NCBI RefSeq assembly: GCF_030144855.1
Contig: NC_082706.1
Span: forward strand, 171,120,001 to 171,184,000
DNA: 64,000 nt
Direction: 5' to 3'
Origin: Hypanus sabinus
Taxonomy: Eukaryota
Each line of letters opens with the position of its first letter. Position 1 is the stretch's first letter. The translations under genes and the position numbers were made by a program. The notes under the pieces were generated by a model. It saw only the letters and a program-made list of their open reading frames with translations. It did no database searches and was not told the origin of the DNA. Positions 1-12,476 of this stretch are shown piece by piece.

Positions 1-1612
1 GGGGACTGAGGGTCTATGGAGATGGAGGAACTGAGTGAAATACATGTTAGTAGGGAAGTGGTGTTAGGTAAATTGGGATTAAAGGCAGATAAATCCCCAG
101 GACCAGATGGTCTGCATCCCAGAGTGCTTAAGGAAGTAGCCCAAGAAATAATGGCTGCATTAGTGATAATTTTTCAAAACCCCTTAGATTCTGGATTAGG
201 TCCTGAGGATTGGAGGGTGGCTAATGTAACCCCACTTTTTAAAAAGGGGGGAGAGAAAAACCGGGGAATTATAGACCAGTTAGTCTGACATCGGTGGTGG
301 GGAAAATGCTAGAGTCGGTTATCAAAGATGTGATAACAGCACATTTGGAAAGAGGTGAAATCATCTGACAAAGTCAGCATAGATTTGTGAAAGGAAAATC
401 ACGTCTGACGAATCTTATAGAATTTTTTGAAGATGTAACTATTAGAGTGGATAGGGGAGAGCCAGTGGATGTGGTATATTTAGATTTTCAAAAGGCTTTT
501 GACAAGGTCCCACACAGGAGATTTGTATGCAAACTTAAAGCACACGGTATTGATGTGGATAGAGTATTGGTTGGCAGACAGGAAGCAAAGAGTGGGAGTA
601 AACAGGACCTTTTCAGCATGCCAGGCAGTGACTAGTGGGGTACTGCAAGGCTCAGTGCTGGGACCCCAGTTGTTTACAATATATATTAATGATTTAGACG
701 AGGGAATTAAATATAGCATCTCCAAGTTTGCGGATGACACGAAGCTGGGTGGCGGTGTTAGCTGTTAGGAGGATGCAGGGTGACTTGGATAGGTTAGGTG
801 AGTGGGCAAATTCATGGCAGATGCAATTTAATGTGGATAAATGTGAGGTTATCCACTTTGGTTGCAAGAACAGGAAAACAGATTATTATCTGAATGGTGG
901 CCAATTAGGAAAAGGGGAGGTGCAACGAGACCTGGGTGTCATTGTACACCAGTCATTGAAGGTGGGCAAGCAGGTACAGCATGTCCGATGAAAAAGGCAA
1001 ATGGTGTGATGGCATTCATAGCAAAAGGATTTGAGTACAGGAGCAGGGAGGTTCTACTGCAATTGTACTAGGCCTTGGTGAGACCGCACCTAGAGTACTG
1101 TGTGCAGTTTTGGTCCCCTAATCTGAGGAAAAACATTCTTGCCATAGAGGGAGTATAAAGAAGGTTCACCAGATTGATTCCTGGGATGGCAGGTCTTTCA
1201 TATGAAGAAAGACTGGATCGACTAGGCTTATATTCACTGGAATTTAGAAGATTGAGGGGGGATCTTATTAAAACGTATTAAATTCTAAAGGGATTGGACA
1301 GGCTAGATGCAGGAAGATTGTTTCCGATGTTGGGGAAGTCCAGAATGAGGGGTCACAGTTTAAGGATAAAGGGGAAGCCTTTTAGGACCAAGATGAGGAA
1401 AAACTTCTTCACACAGAGAGTGGTGAATCTGTGGAATTCTCGGCCAAAGAAAACAGTTGAGGCTGGTTCATTGACTATATTTAAGAGGAAGTTAGATACG
1501 GCCCTTGTGGCAAAAGGGATCAGGGGTATGGAGAGAAAGCAGGTACAGGGTTCTGAGTTGGATGATCAGCCATGATCATACTGAATGGCCTACTCCTGCA
1601 TCTATTTTCTAT
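1..1612 (+). mobile_element. CR1-clade LINE (HER1-like), ORF2 RT and 3' end, frameshifted; truncated by window start
   Basis: ORF pieces [52 protein letters not shown]...NFFTQRVVNLWN; 3' tail gatgatcagccatgatc...gaatggcctactcctgc. Confidence 0.93.
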
Positions 1613-1683
1613 GAAACATCAATTGTGCTTCTTCCTACAGAAGCTGCCTGGACTGCTGTGTTCCACCAGCATTTTGTGTATGT
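1613..1683. repeat. Partial right arm of the palindromic Penelope-like element
   Basis: gctgcctggactgctgtgttccaccagcattttgtgt matches arms of copies at 3229-3445 and 9742-9935. Confidence 0.65.
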
Positions 1684-2830
1684 CACTTCTCACTTATCCG
1701 GGTTGAACTCCATCTGCCACGTCTCAGCCCAGTTTTGCATCATCAATGTCCCACTGTAACCTCTGACAGCCAACACTATCTACAACACCGCCAACATTTG
1801 TGTCATCAGCAAATTTACTAACCCATCCCTCCACTTCCTCATCAAGGTCATTTATAAAAATCACGATGAGTAGGGGGTCCCAGTACAGATCCCTGAGGCA
1901 CACCACTGGTCATTGACTTCCATGCAGAATATGACCCGTCTACAACCATTCTTTGCCTTCTGTAGGCAAGCCAATTCTGGGTCCACAAAGCAATGTCCCC
2001 TTGGATCTCATGCCTCCTGACCTTCTTAATAAGCCTTACATGGGGTCCCTCGTCAAATGCCTTGCTGAAATCCATTTATACATCTTCTGCTCTACCTTCA
2101 TCAATGTGTTTAGTCACATCCTCAAAAAATTCAATTAGGCTCGTAAGGCATGACCTGCCTTTCACAAGGCCATGCTGCCTATTCCTAATCATTGATGATG
2201 CAAAGATCATTGTCAGAGGCTCAGCAATCTCCTCCCTTGCCTCCTACAGTAACCTGGGGTACATCTCGTCTAGTCCTGGTGACTTATCCAACTTGATGCT
2301 TTCCAAAAGCTCCAGCACATCCTCTTTCTTAAGATCTACATGTTCAAGCTTTTCAGTCCACTGTAAGTCATCCCTACAATCATCAAGATCCTTTTCCATA
2401 GTGAATACTGAAGCAAAGTACTCATTAAGTACCTCTGCTATCTCCGCCGGTTCCAAACACACTTTTCCACTGTCACACTTGATTGGCCCTATTCCCTCAT
2501 GTCTTATCCTCTTGCTCTTCACATACTTGTAGAATGCCTTGGGGTTTCCCCTAACCCTGTCCACAAAGACCTTCTCATAGCCCCTTCTGACTCTCCTAAT
2601 TTCTTTCTTAAGCTTCTTCCTGCTAGCCTAATAATCTTCTAAATCTCTATCATTACCTAGTTTTTCCTTTCATAAGCTCTTCTTCTTTCTTGACTAGATT
2701 TACAACAGTCTTTGTACACTACGGTTCCTGCCCCCTACCATCCTTTCCGTTTCATTGGAGCGTACTTATACAGAAATCCATGCAAATATCCCCTGAACAT
2801 TTGCCACATTTCTTCCGTACATTTCCCTGT
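1684..2830 (-). mobile_element. CR1 LINE ORF2 fragment with internal deletion
   Basis: Minus ORFs NPKAFYKYVKSKRI...DKSPGLDEMYPRLL; MDFSKAFD; GVPQGSVLGP; KFADDT. Confidence 0.9.
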
Positions 2831-3228
2831 AAACAGCTTATGTTTATGTGTATGTATGTGTGTATATAATTTTTTTTAATTATTGTGTTCTTTACCTTAT
2901 TTTTTGTGCTGCATCAGACACAAAGCAACATTTCAGTCTACTTTACACTTGTATAATGGAAATTACATTAAACAATCTTGAACATCTTGACTGACAATCT
3001 ACCCATTTATGAGCTTCAGGTTTATTTATATCCACCAGTTCAAACACAAAAAGTCTTAGTTTGCTCAACTTTTAATACAGATGTCTGCAACGTTATATAA
3101 TTTTTTTAAAAAACAGGTTCCTGACTTCATCTCGGTGTCTGAACATTTGCCACGATGCATTTCTTGGTATTGTTGATAGGAGTGCCTTGTAACTAGAAAC
3201 AAAGTTATTTGCAACTTCTAGAAATGGT

Positions 3229-3445
3229 AAACACAAGAAAGTCTGCAGATGCTGGAAATATAAAGTAACATACACAAAATGCCGGAGAAACTCAGCAGAT
3301 CAGGCAGCATCTATGATAATTAATAAACAGTCAACATCTCAGGCCAAGTCCTGAAGAAGGGTCATAGCCCGAAATGTCGACTGTTTGTTCATTTCCATAG
3401 ATCCTGCCTGACCTGCTGAGTTCCTCCAGAATTTTGTGTGCATTG
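3229..3445 (+). mobile_element. Palindromic non-autonomous element (probably Penelope-like derived) with 13-bp TSD
   Basis: Inverted arms ~3273-3345 / ~3367-3438; direct repeat ttctagaaatggt at 3216-3228 and 3446-3458. Confidence 0.8.
3347..3382 (+). ncRNA. Minimal type-I hammerhead ribozyme-like motif (one C>T change in stem III)
   Basis: AGTC-CTGAAGA-a-GGG(tcatag)CCC-GAAA-t-GTC-GACT: stem I AGTC/GACT, core CUGANGA and GAAA, GUC cleavage triplet. Confidence 0.6.
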
Positions 3446-3999
3446 TTCTAGAAATGGTTTCTGGATGTTGAAAAGATAGTTTTGTTTAAACTACCTAAAG
3501 CATTCATTTTCTTTGTAAAGGAATTTTTCTTGGACCAAGTGAAGAGTTCTGCCTCGAGACTGTATTTTGCTATTATTAATGGTCAGCTCATTTCCAACTG
3601 GAAAATATTTGAAATGGAGAACATAATCACACAAAAGTCTAATTATTGTAGAACTTTTGATGAATGGATTTGTATTAATGTAACATTTTTGTATATGAAT
3701 TTACCCTAGAAACCACTAAACACCATGGAACAGAGTGAACACAAGTTTTAAGACATCTTAAGGCAATTCTGCAATTTATTATATTCCCATTCAAATATTA
3801 AATTTGCATGGGAATGTTTGTAAGTTGTAGCCAAGAAACAAAAAAAAATGCACTTAAGTGCTGTTAAGTTACTGTTTCAATTAGCCCCAAAATCCATATT
3901 ACATTTCACATCTACTTATGCCATAGGAGGCCATTTCTGGCACTAATCTTCCCAGTAAATTTTCCCTGTAGCCTATTCACCTTATATTTATCTCAGTTC

Positions 4000-4210
4000 C
4001 TCTACTCCTCTTCCCAGATTCTACAATTCACCGACACACTGGGAAGGTGGCGGGGGTGGGGGGGGGGGGGGGGTGATCCAAAGTAGGTAATATAAAAGGA
4101 AAAGGGGAGCACCCACACGAGACCCAAGCAGTCATGGGAACTGCAGACTCCATACCGTTGGTGCAACATTAAGTCTTTAACGTAGGAGCTGGGCAGACAG
4201 GAAGCCACAT
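4000..4210 (-). mobile_element. Decayed SINE (HE1/V-SINE-like) containing a long G run
   Basis: gggagcacccacacgagaccca...actgcagactccatac resembles the reverse complement of the SINE core at 7425-7610. Confidence 0.4.
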
Positions 4211-4424
4211 CATATGGAAGCACTAGCAAAAACAGAGAACTCAAGTCAGCACTTACAAAAGCATTAGGCCTCTCACATTTAGGGATTCCAGCACTCAGTT
4301 TTCCATATGCTTGTTAACAGATTAAAATATCATGGAAGTCTATGGGCACAGATTTTCTTCTGAAAATTTAACTAGTTGTAGTTAAACAATTACCAATTAA
4401 TTGTTAACTGTGTCCATGGTCCAG

Positions 4425-4715
4425 GAAAGAGGTAAATAAGGTTGAAGGAGTACAGAGAAAATTTACAAGGATGTTGCCAGGTCTGGAGGACCCGAGTTAC
4501 GAAGGAAGATTGAATAGGTTAGGACTTTATTCCTTTAGAACATAAAAGATTGTGAGGAAATTTATAGAAGTATCCAGAATAAAGAGGGTTATAGATAGTG
4601 GAAAAAAGCCTGCTTGCATTCACTCTGAGGTTGGGTGGGACTATAGCTTGAGATCATGGGTCAAGGATGAAAAGTTTGAGAACATGAGGGGAAACTTCTT
4701 CACTTAGAGAGTCAT
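4425..4715 (+). mobile_element. CR1 3' fragment
   Basis: gtacagagaaaatttacaaggatgttgccagg...gaggggaaacttcttcac (decayed VQRKFTRMLPG...NFFT). Confidence 0.8.
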
Positions 4716-6526
4716 AATAGCTCATTACACACTCTCACGACCCTATGTGTTGTGCTTTCCTATGACTTAAATAAGTTTTGTGGGCAAGATAGGTCCTGCA
4801 CACTCCTCCAACCCCCACTCTCAATCTGTAAAAAATACATAACGCCAGACCCCCTCAACCAAACTTGCTTTCATTAGCAGCACGCAATGATGGACTCTCA
4901 AAAATCACCATAATTAGTGTTCTATTACCCAATATATTCTGGTCAGCATCAAGTCATGAAGCAATTCCTGAAGACTTCGTGTTTTGTATTGAAATGCATC
5001 TTCTTTTAAGAAAAAGATTCTCTCCGTTCTTTTTCCTTATTGAACTACTTCCAATCAAAATAATGACCTATGTATTACTACTGAAAAACAGCAATCTGCA
5101 TAAAAGGGGTCTATTTGTGAACTTGACAATGTTGAATGATATTACAAAAGGTTTCAATTTTGAGCTACATTCAAACAAAAAAATAAATTACTAATACTTG
5201 ACAAAACATCATGAATTGAATCGGTTAGTATTTGCTCACCTGAGATTCGTTATTTGCCAGTTCCACGTTTAAAAACGGTCTTATTCTCAAATACACTTTA
5301 AGCCGTTGATCTTCAGCCACTAATGGTTTCGCCTGATTACAGTCCTGTTGAGGATAAGGAGAACACTAACTCAGCTGGTAGAACACCAACCAGGAAAAGT
5401 GCCAAGGACTATCCTAGACCAAATTCAAGATGGACCGACCTCAAAACATATTCGTTTAGAAGCCTCGGTCAAGCGGCCGCGCGGCCTCTGTTCTGGAGTT
5501 TCTCCTTCACTGAAAGTAGGAATTTCGGGTATAGAGGCCATCATTTCTGCAACGTCCAGGGAAATAAAGTTACTCTTAGACTGATCCACCGTACCATCCA
5601 GTGCACACTTCTAGACTGACACAGATGTGACTCAGAACAAAATCAGTATTGGCGCGTTTACTAATAGAGCTGAATCATTTAAACACCGGATCGATTTGGG
5701 ACGGGGATTATGCTCTAATTGGCCACGGATGTGTTTTTTTTTAAAGGCTCGATGAACAAAATAAGATTTCTCATTTTATAAACATTCAAATTAACGGGAC
5801 ATCAGAAGGCAATTAAACTCCGGGACTTAATTTGCGAAAGCAACCGAAAGATTTAAAGTTCGTTTAAACAGGTTTTAATTTTTTTTTAATGAGCAAATGT
5901 CCGCAAACGAACTGATCGAAGCCAACGACGGAAAGTTTCGACTTAGAGCAAATGACTCTTCCAAGGATGGAAAAGTGGATAAAAATTTTCTCAAATTTCT
6001 ACATGCCACAGTACACAAACAAAATTCATCCTAACCTGCTAAAAATAGAAATATTTAAAACATGGTGGTTGACCTTCGTCTCTTTAACAGACAAAAATAT
6101 TCGTTTAAAAGGAGGCCCTTTAAATTGAAAGTTTCCAACACCTGTTTGAGACTATTGATTATTCTTAAAGGAACTTTTCCTTTAAAACAAATTGAAAACA
6201 ATGCAGCAATTGTAAGCTAACCAGGAAGTTAAAACAAAATCACAGCATAGAAAATTGCAGTGGAATAAAAATTCATCTACGGAATATATAGTATCTCTTT
6301 GTTCCTTCAGTGAACAATAGCTAAAACTATTTATTGAAAAATATGAATAGTATGTTTTTTCCATTTTCACTTTTTTGTATTAGTTTCATAGGTCATTATT
6401 AAACAGAGTATTATTATTAAGAGCAGCATGCAGGCGATGCTCAGCCAGTCAAGAGCATTAATCTTTTGATATGTTCTTGATGAGTAACATTGTCAAAGAG
6501 TATGAGGAGAAGGCAGATGAATGGGG

Positions 6527-6890
6527 TTCAGAATCAGGTTTAATATCATCGGCATATGTTGTGAATTCTGTTGTCTATGTGGCAGCAGTACAATGCAATA
6601 CATAATGAAAAAGAAAAAGCTGAATTACAGTATGTATATATTTAATTACTTAAATTAAAGAAGTAGTACAAAATTAAAAATGTACTGAGGTGGTGTTTAT
6701 GGGTTCAATGTCCATTCAGGAATCAGATGGTAGAGGAGAAGGTATTGTTCCTGAATCATTGAGTGTGTGCCTTCAGGCTCTGGTACCTCCTTCCTGCTGG
6801 TAACTATGACAAGAGGGCATCTCCTGGGTGAAAGGGGTTCTTAATGATGGATGCCACATTTTTGAACCATCACTCCTTGAAGATGCTGAG
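6527..6890 (-). mobile_element. Rex1/Babar-like LINE 3' fragment
   Basis: Reverse strand carries a decayed PSGRRY..LK.HT.RF.NSF-type C-terminus and the ttctga tail seen in other copies. Confidence 0.65.
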
Positions 6891-7424
6891 ATAGATAAAA
6901 TTCCTCTCCTATGTCTCATGGCCTTAATCTTTTTTAAAATATCTATTGTTGCATGATATTTCAACACTATTCCTCTTCAATACTACTTTTAATATGTAAA
7001 ACACAAATTCTGCATCATTACTGATTAGACATTTAGCCCAACAGATATTGGCTATATAGAATCAGAATTTGTTGTCAAAATTTTAGCTCAGTTTTGATAT
7101 CATTGGTTACAAATGGTGAAGCAATCACAGATGAAAGGCAATTTTGCAGTTAAACGCAAATATATAAAATAGTCTAAAGTGCACTACATTACTGCATGCT
7201 TGAACAAGAAAGCAGTGAGATAAATGCATTAAATAGAATGAAGGTGCTGTATTTGAAACATAATAAAGGGCCTGAAACATAGACTTTATAATCACACCCC
7301 CCCCCCCCCACCATAGATACTCCTTGACTTGCTGAGCTCCCCCAGCATTTTTAGTGAGTTGCTATAATTGAGTGATGGATATAAAGGTTCCACAACATTG
7401 TTTTGAGTTTCCAAGTCCATTTAG

Positions 7425-7610
7425 GGCTCCATGGTAGTGTAGAAGTTAGCACAACACTTTATAGTACCAGCGATCCGGGTTCAAATCCCTGACTGTAAGG
7501 AGTTTGTACATTCTCTCCATGACCGCTTGGGTTTCCTCCCACATTTCAAATAGTACCAGATAGTAGGTTAATTGTCCTGTGATTAGGCTAAAGTTAAATC
7601 ATTGCTGGGC
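7425..7610 (+). mobile_element. tRNA-derived SINE (HE1/V-SINE-like)
   Basis: A-box-like tggtagtgtagaagttagc, B-box ggttcaaatcc, core ggagtttgtacattctc...gggtttcctccca. Confidence 0.75.
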
Positions 7611-9741
7611 AATTATCTTATATATTGAGAAACCACTTCTGTTAAAAGTGAACTAATACATCGGAGCTTATTCATTCTAGATGCTATTTTAAGTGGAATT
7701 TTTAAATTTGTAGTTTACTCATTCTTATTGCTCTCCTTTTTATTAATCCAGTCTTTCTACCCTTTGCGTAACGACATCACACTTTCTAAATTATACTTCC
7801 TTTTCAATATCCATTCATGTTTTGTTCACAATCCCTTAAAATTGTTATCATCCTTTTTTATCAGCTACCTAGCAAATAGAAGTGTTGAATTTAATTACAT
7901 GTAATAATTTTAGATAACTTTGGCCATGGCTCATTCAATTCGTACCTTATCTAGCACAGGCAGCCGTGTCCTCCAGTTGGGCACAAGATGTCTAAGTGTA
8001 TGCTGCCGATGGGTATTTTCCAAGCTGAAGTACTTGCTGAGGAATACAGCAAAGGCATGTGGGGAAGAACTGCATTCTGATGTTTATCATCCACTAGGAG
8101 CTAGTTTTGTATTGCTAAAGGAGGGGCATGTCGGTGGTAGTGGTGCTCTGTACACGGAACATACGCACACTAATGCCTAGAAATATAACAATGTGAACTA
8201 TTAGACTGAGCAAATAGAAAGATAGACCTGTAATGTTTCTGTATTTTTGTTTGTATTTTTATGAATAAAAATTATTTTGAAAAAATATAAAAAATTAAAA
8301 TGTACGGACTTGCATTCCATAAATTATTTTACAATGGTCAAACTTCAAGCAAAATCAGGCAATTCTGTCAAGTCTACTTTGAAATGAGTTAACATCTTAA
8401 CATGGGAGCTTATTTCATGGGCCTGTGATTGTAAAAGACTAACTAGATCACTTAGATAAAAAGGAGACTAGAGAATTTTGCCCAACACAAATTTAATATA
8501 TTTCAGTGTCTTGTTTTGTAAAACTGGATATTTGCATTTTGAAAGCAACTTTTACTTTTTTTGAGGACCTTAAAATGTTTTAGAGCTAATGAAACACATT
8601 TGAATTGTAGTCAGGATGTAATTTAAAATCAGAAACTAATTTAGAGTGAAGGGGACTAAAATTATGAATAATTCTTACAAGCTCTATCAATAACACTCAA
8701 ATTCTCAAGTCCATGTGCAAGGTTATTTCTAAGACTATAATGATGTGAACTCATTGGAAACAGGGTTTTTTAAAAAAAACTAATATTAAGGAAAAGCGAA
8801 GACTTGATTATGTGCAATTATATTTGCCTACTTGGAAGCAAATTGTATAAGTGCAAACATATGTTGTTTTTAGAACATGGGCACAACTCACAATGCTAAG
8901 TTTCACCAGCTGTGCTGAGACTGTGCCCTACATCTGCTTGTTCTTGCAATTTCAGGACTTTGGTGGTATCTTGAAGTTTCATGATTTTCTGAATGAAATC
9001 ATATGTCCACACTAGTCTGTGATAGTGTTTCAAATGACATTACAGTTCCAGTACTTCAGGAAAATTCACTTGGAGGGGCTGTTAATCTAGATAATTTACT
9101 TGGTGTAATCCATTTATGCATATTGCAACTATTCACAGAAAAGGTAGAAATTGAATTAATTGAGCATACTATCTCCTCTTACCTGTGGAATTTCAGACTT
9201 TGGTACATCTGTACCAATCCAGAACAATGATTATCCTATCATTAGCTTTACACACAACCATAGAATCTACAGCAGAGATAGCATTGACCTGGAGTGATCA
9301 TGCCACATATTTCACACCTGATTTGGCCATTTTATTTCTGCACATACCTATACTTTGGAATATCTTCCGGAGTTCTACTTGGCAGCTTAACTTGCCTGTC
9401 TGTGGTTAAGGTGTATCAATGGGCAGCAAATGTCAGTAGGGGGCAGTTGTGTGTTTCCCTGTTCAAAATGATGCATTTTACTGAATATGATCTCACTAAG
9501 CCAGACAGTCCGTCCCTGCCACAAACCTTTGACAAATCCAATTGCCGATCTATTTCTAATCCCACATCCTTTTCTGATCACTCGGTTCCACCTTAAAATC
9601 ATTCTTCAGCCAATCCCACAAAATAAACATGCACTTTGCAAGTGTTAATGCTCTTTTCGTTTTGCATCATAAATCCACATTTCTCCAAGTTTAATTTTTG
9701 ACACCTAATACTCATCTTCAAACAATCCACTACTGACCATT

Positions 9742-9935
9742 ACGAGGAAGTCTGCAGATTCTGGAATATGCTGGTGGAACACAGCAGGCCAGGCAGCATC
9801 TAAAGGGAGAAGCACTGTTGACTTCGGGCCGAGACCCTTTGTCAATGACAAAGTCAGTCCTGACAAAGGGTCTCGGTCCAAAACATCAACAGTGCTTCTT
9901 CCTATAGCTGCTGCATTCCACCAGCATTTTGTCAA
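9742..9935. mobile_element. Palindromic Penelope-like element copy with decayed hammerhead motif
   Basis: Inverted arms gggccgagaccctttgtc / gacaaagggtctcggtcc; agtc-ctgacaa-agggtctcggtcc-aaaacatc. Confidence 0.75.
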
Positions 9936-10826
9936 TTTCTTAGTTTGAAACACCAATATTTATCTTGCCTTCCACTTACCTCTTCCCATGCACATCCTAA
10001 CTCCATTACCTCCTTCTTGCAGTCAATTATATCTTAGGTAATTTTTATTTATAATCCCTAGTGACAATACATTCCATTACTTTTAAAGTCTTAATATTTA
10101 GTTTTGGCCTCATGTAAACCCAAGCCCATTGTCCATGTGTGCTCCACTTTGGTTGAATTAACGGAGGATCAGTTTGCCAGCATCAGTCCCACTCCTGGCC
10201 ATTCAAATAGAATCATGGTTCAGGTAAAAGTTAGAGCCCCAAGGATTTGTGTCATTTGTATTCCTGTACACGCAAGGAGTTCTGAAATTAACTAAGTTCT
10301 GATGGTAGGTCAATAACTAGGGTTGTTGTTTCTTCTATTGAAACTTACATCTACTCAACACTTCCAGAAATAAAACTTCAAAATTTGCTTAATTGCCTTT
10401 GGATGATAGGTGCTTCAAAAAAAAAGGGCACTTAGTCTGCTAAACTAAAATATTGGAAGTTACACAGCTTTAAGATCAACATTTTGAGTACACTTATTCA
10501 AAAATGCCTGCAGGGACCACCCAAGACAGGCCTTTGCAGCGATTAGTCTGCACTTTCAACACAACAGTTGTTTAAAAAAGCCAATTAGCTGTACATAAAA
10601 TTACTTTAATCATTAAGGTTGATGAAAAAATGCCAAATTAATTATAAAAAAAATCTAATTACTGCTTGTATAACAAAAGTGATTTAATTCCTAGCAGAAT
10701 TTCTGAGTCAGAATGATAGAAGGAAATGCTTAGTTCTATATATTGCCCTAGTTGATTTAAATAAGTTACACTCTCTTATTCACACAAAGAAAAACAAAAG
10801 GCCTTGCTTTAAATTGTTAAGACGGA

Positions 10827-11520
10827 CAGTGGATTCTAGTTAATTGGGCTATCAATTAATCAGGGCAGCCACTTATTTGGAGCAACAGCAAAAAACAAAT
10901 CTGGAGAATTTCCTCATTTAGGACACTATTTAATTGGGACAGAATTGCAAAACAAATACTAATTAATGTCAGCCATGCGCACTTTTGTGGCAATTAAATG
11001 CTACACTGTTTAGAACAAAGTTTTTTAAAACAGCATCAGTTGTGTGTTTGCGTTCAAGTGGTTTTTGTTAAGTAGTTGGCAAGAAATAAACAGCAAGGCA
11101 ATTCAGAACTGTTTTGCTCACTGTGATTTCAAGCATTCAGGCTAGGAGATGCCAGAAGTAACTGGGAGAGTAAAAAACTATTTCATTTCTTCAACAAGTA
11201 AGGAACTATTTTAAGAATTAGAAGGTAACAATCATCTTGAATGTTGTAATAAAAATGATCATCTGGAGGATGCAATCATTCACAGCATTGTATGAAGGTG
11301 TCAGCACAGATTTTGTTCATCACTAAAACAGATGAATTCCTCCATCGGTAACTACAGTTTTACTGTATCTATGTTCTAACTTGTTGTTCTATTACATTTA
11401 AATGCATAATTTGTTATTCACTTGGTCCTTTTCGTATACTTTTAAATCATTTCTGAAACTTCCACTTAGGGCAGCTGCTTAATAGGGCCAAAATGTGTCT
11501 CAATTAACCAGAAGCCACTA
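10827..11520 (+). mobile_element. Tigger/pogo-like non-autonomous DNA transposon
   Basis: TIRs cagtggattctagttaattggg / ctcaattaaccagaagccacta; internal remnant SKAIQNCFAHCDFK resembles the pogo/Tigger DDE C-terminus (TIxNCFxKxGF). Confidence 0.65.
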
Positions 11521-11589
11521 TTCCAAACCAGTTACTATCTGGCATGTAATATAAGACTTCAGTGTTTAATGACAATGACAATGTCATTG

Positions 11590-11975
11590 ACTCCCATCCA
11601 CTCCATAGTGTACTGGTCTGAAAAGAGGATGCTGTCCAAGTTGCATGCCATCTTGGACAATGACTCCCATCCACTCCATAGTGTACTGGTTAGGCGCAGG
11701 ACTACATTCAGCCAAAGACTCATTCCACCAAGATGTAGCACTGAGTGTCATAGGAAGTCATTCCTGCTTGTGGCCATCAAACTTTACAACGCCTCCCTCG
11801 GAGTGTCAGACAGCCTGAGCCAATAGGCTGGTCCTGGACTTATTTCCACTTGGCATAATAATTATTATCTATTTATTTATGGTTTTATATTGCTATATTT
11901 CTACACTATTCCTGGTTGGTGCGGCTGTAACAAAACCCAATTTCCCTCGGGATCAATAAAGTATGTCTGTCTGTC
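11590..11975 (+). mobile_element. Rex1/Babar-like LINE 3' end with (tgtc)n tail
   Basis: ORF ILDNDSHPLH...CHRKSFLLVAIKLYN; aataaagtatgtctgtctgtc; sister copy at 34258-34670. Confidence 0.8.
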
Positions 11976-12248
11976 AATCAGTCACTGAGGAATATGGGGT
12001 TCACTGAAGTCCTACTCAAAACTCGTTCACATGGGTGTCCCTAATTTACCATTTCTAGTTTGCTAAGCTGGCAAGAGCATCTTGAATGTCTTTACAACAG
12101 TATAAATGCTATTTGTAAGTGTTACTGCTGAAGCATCCTCAATCTATAAAACAGTGCTATAATTTCATTGGTCACACTAGAGGATAAAGCATCTATTTGG
12201 TTGTGTTAATAAAGATAAATTCAAATTAAGAAAAATCACTGTGGAATT

Positions 12249-12260
12249 TTTATTTTTATT
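12249..12260 (-). terminator. RPS20: Tandem AATAAA polyadenylation signals of RPS20
   Basis: tttatt at 12249-12254 and 12255-12260, about 15-25 nt past the stop codon. Confidence 0.8.
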
Positions 12261-12275
12261 TCATTTCCGTAAGAG

Positions 12276-12476
<201 letters not shown>

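Noticed and set aside
1-12200. Expected LYN 3' exons
   Set aside because: I found no tyrosine-kinase motifs in the ORF track or by eye; LYN is presumably further left.
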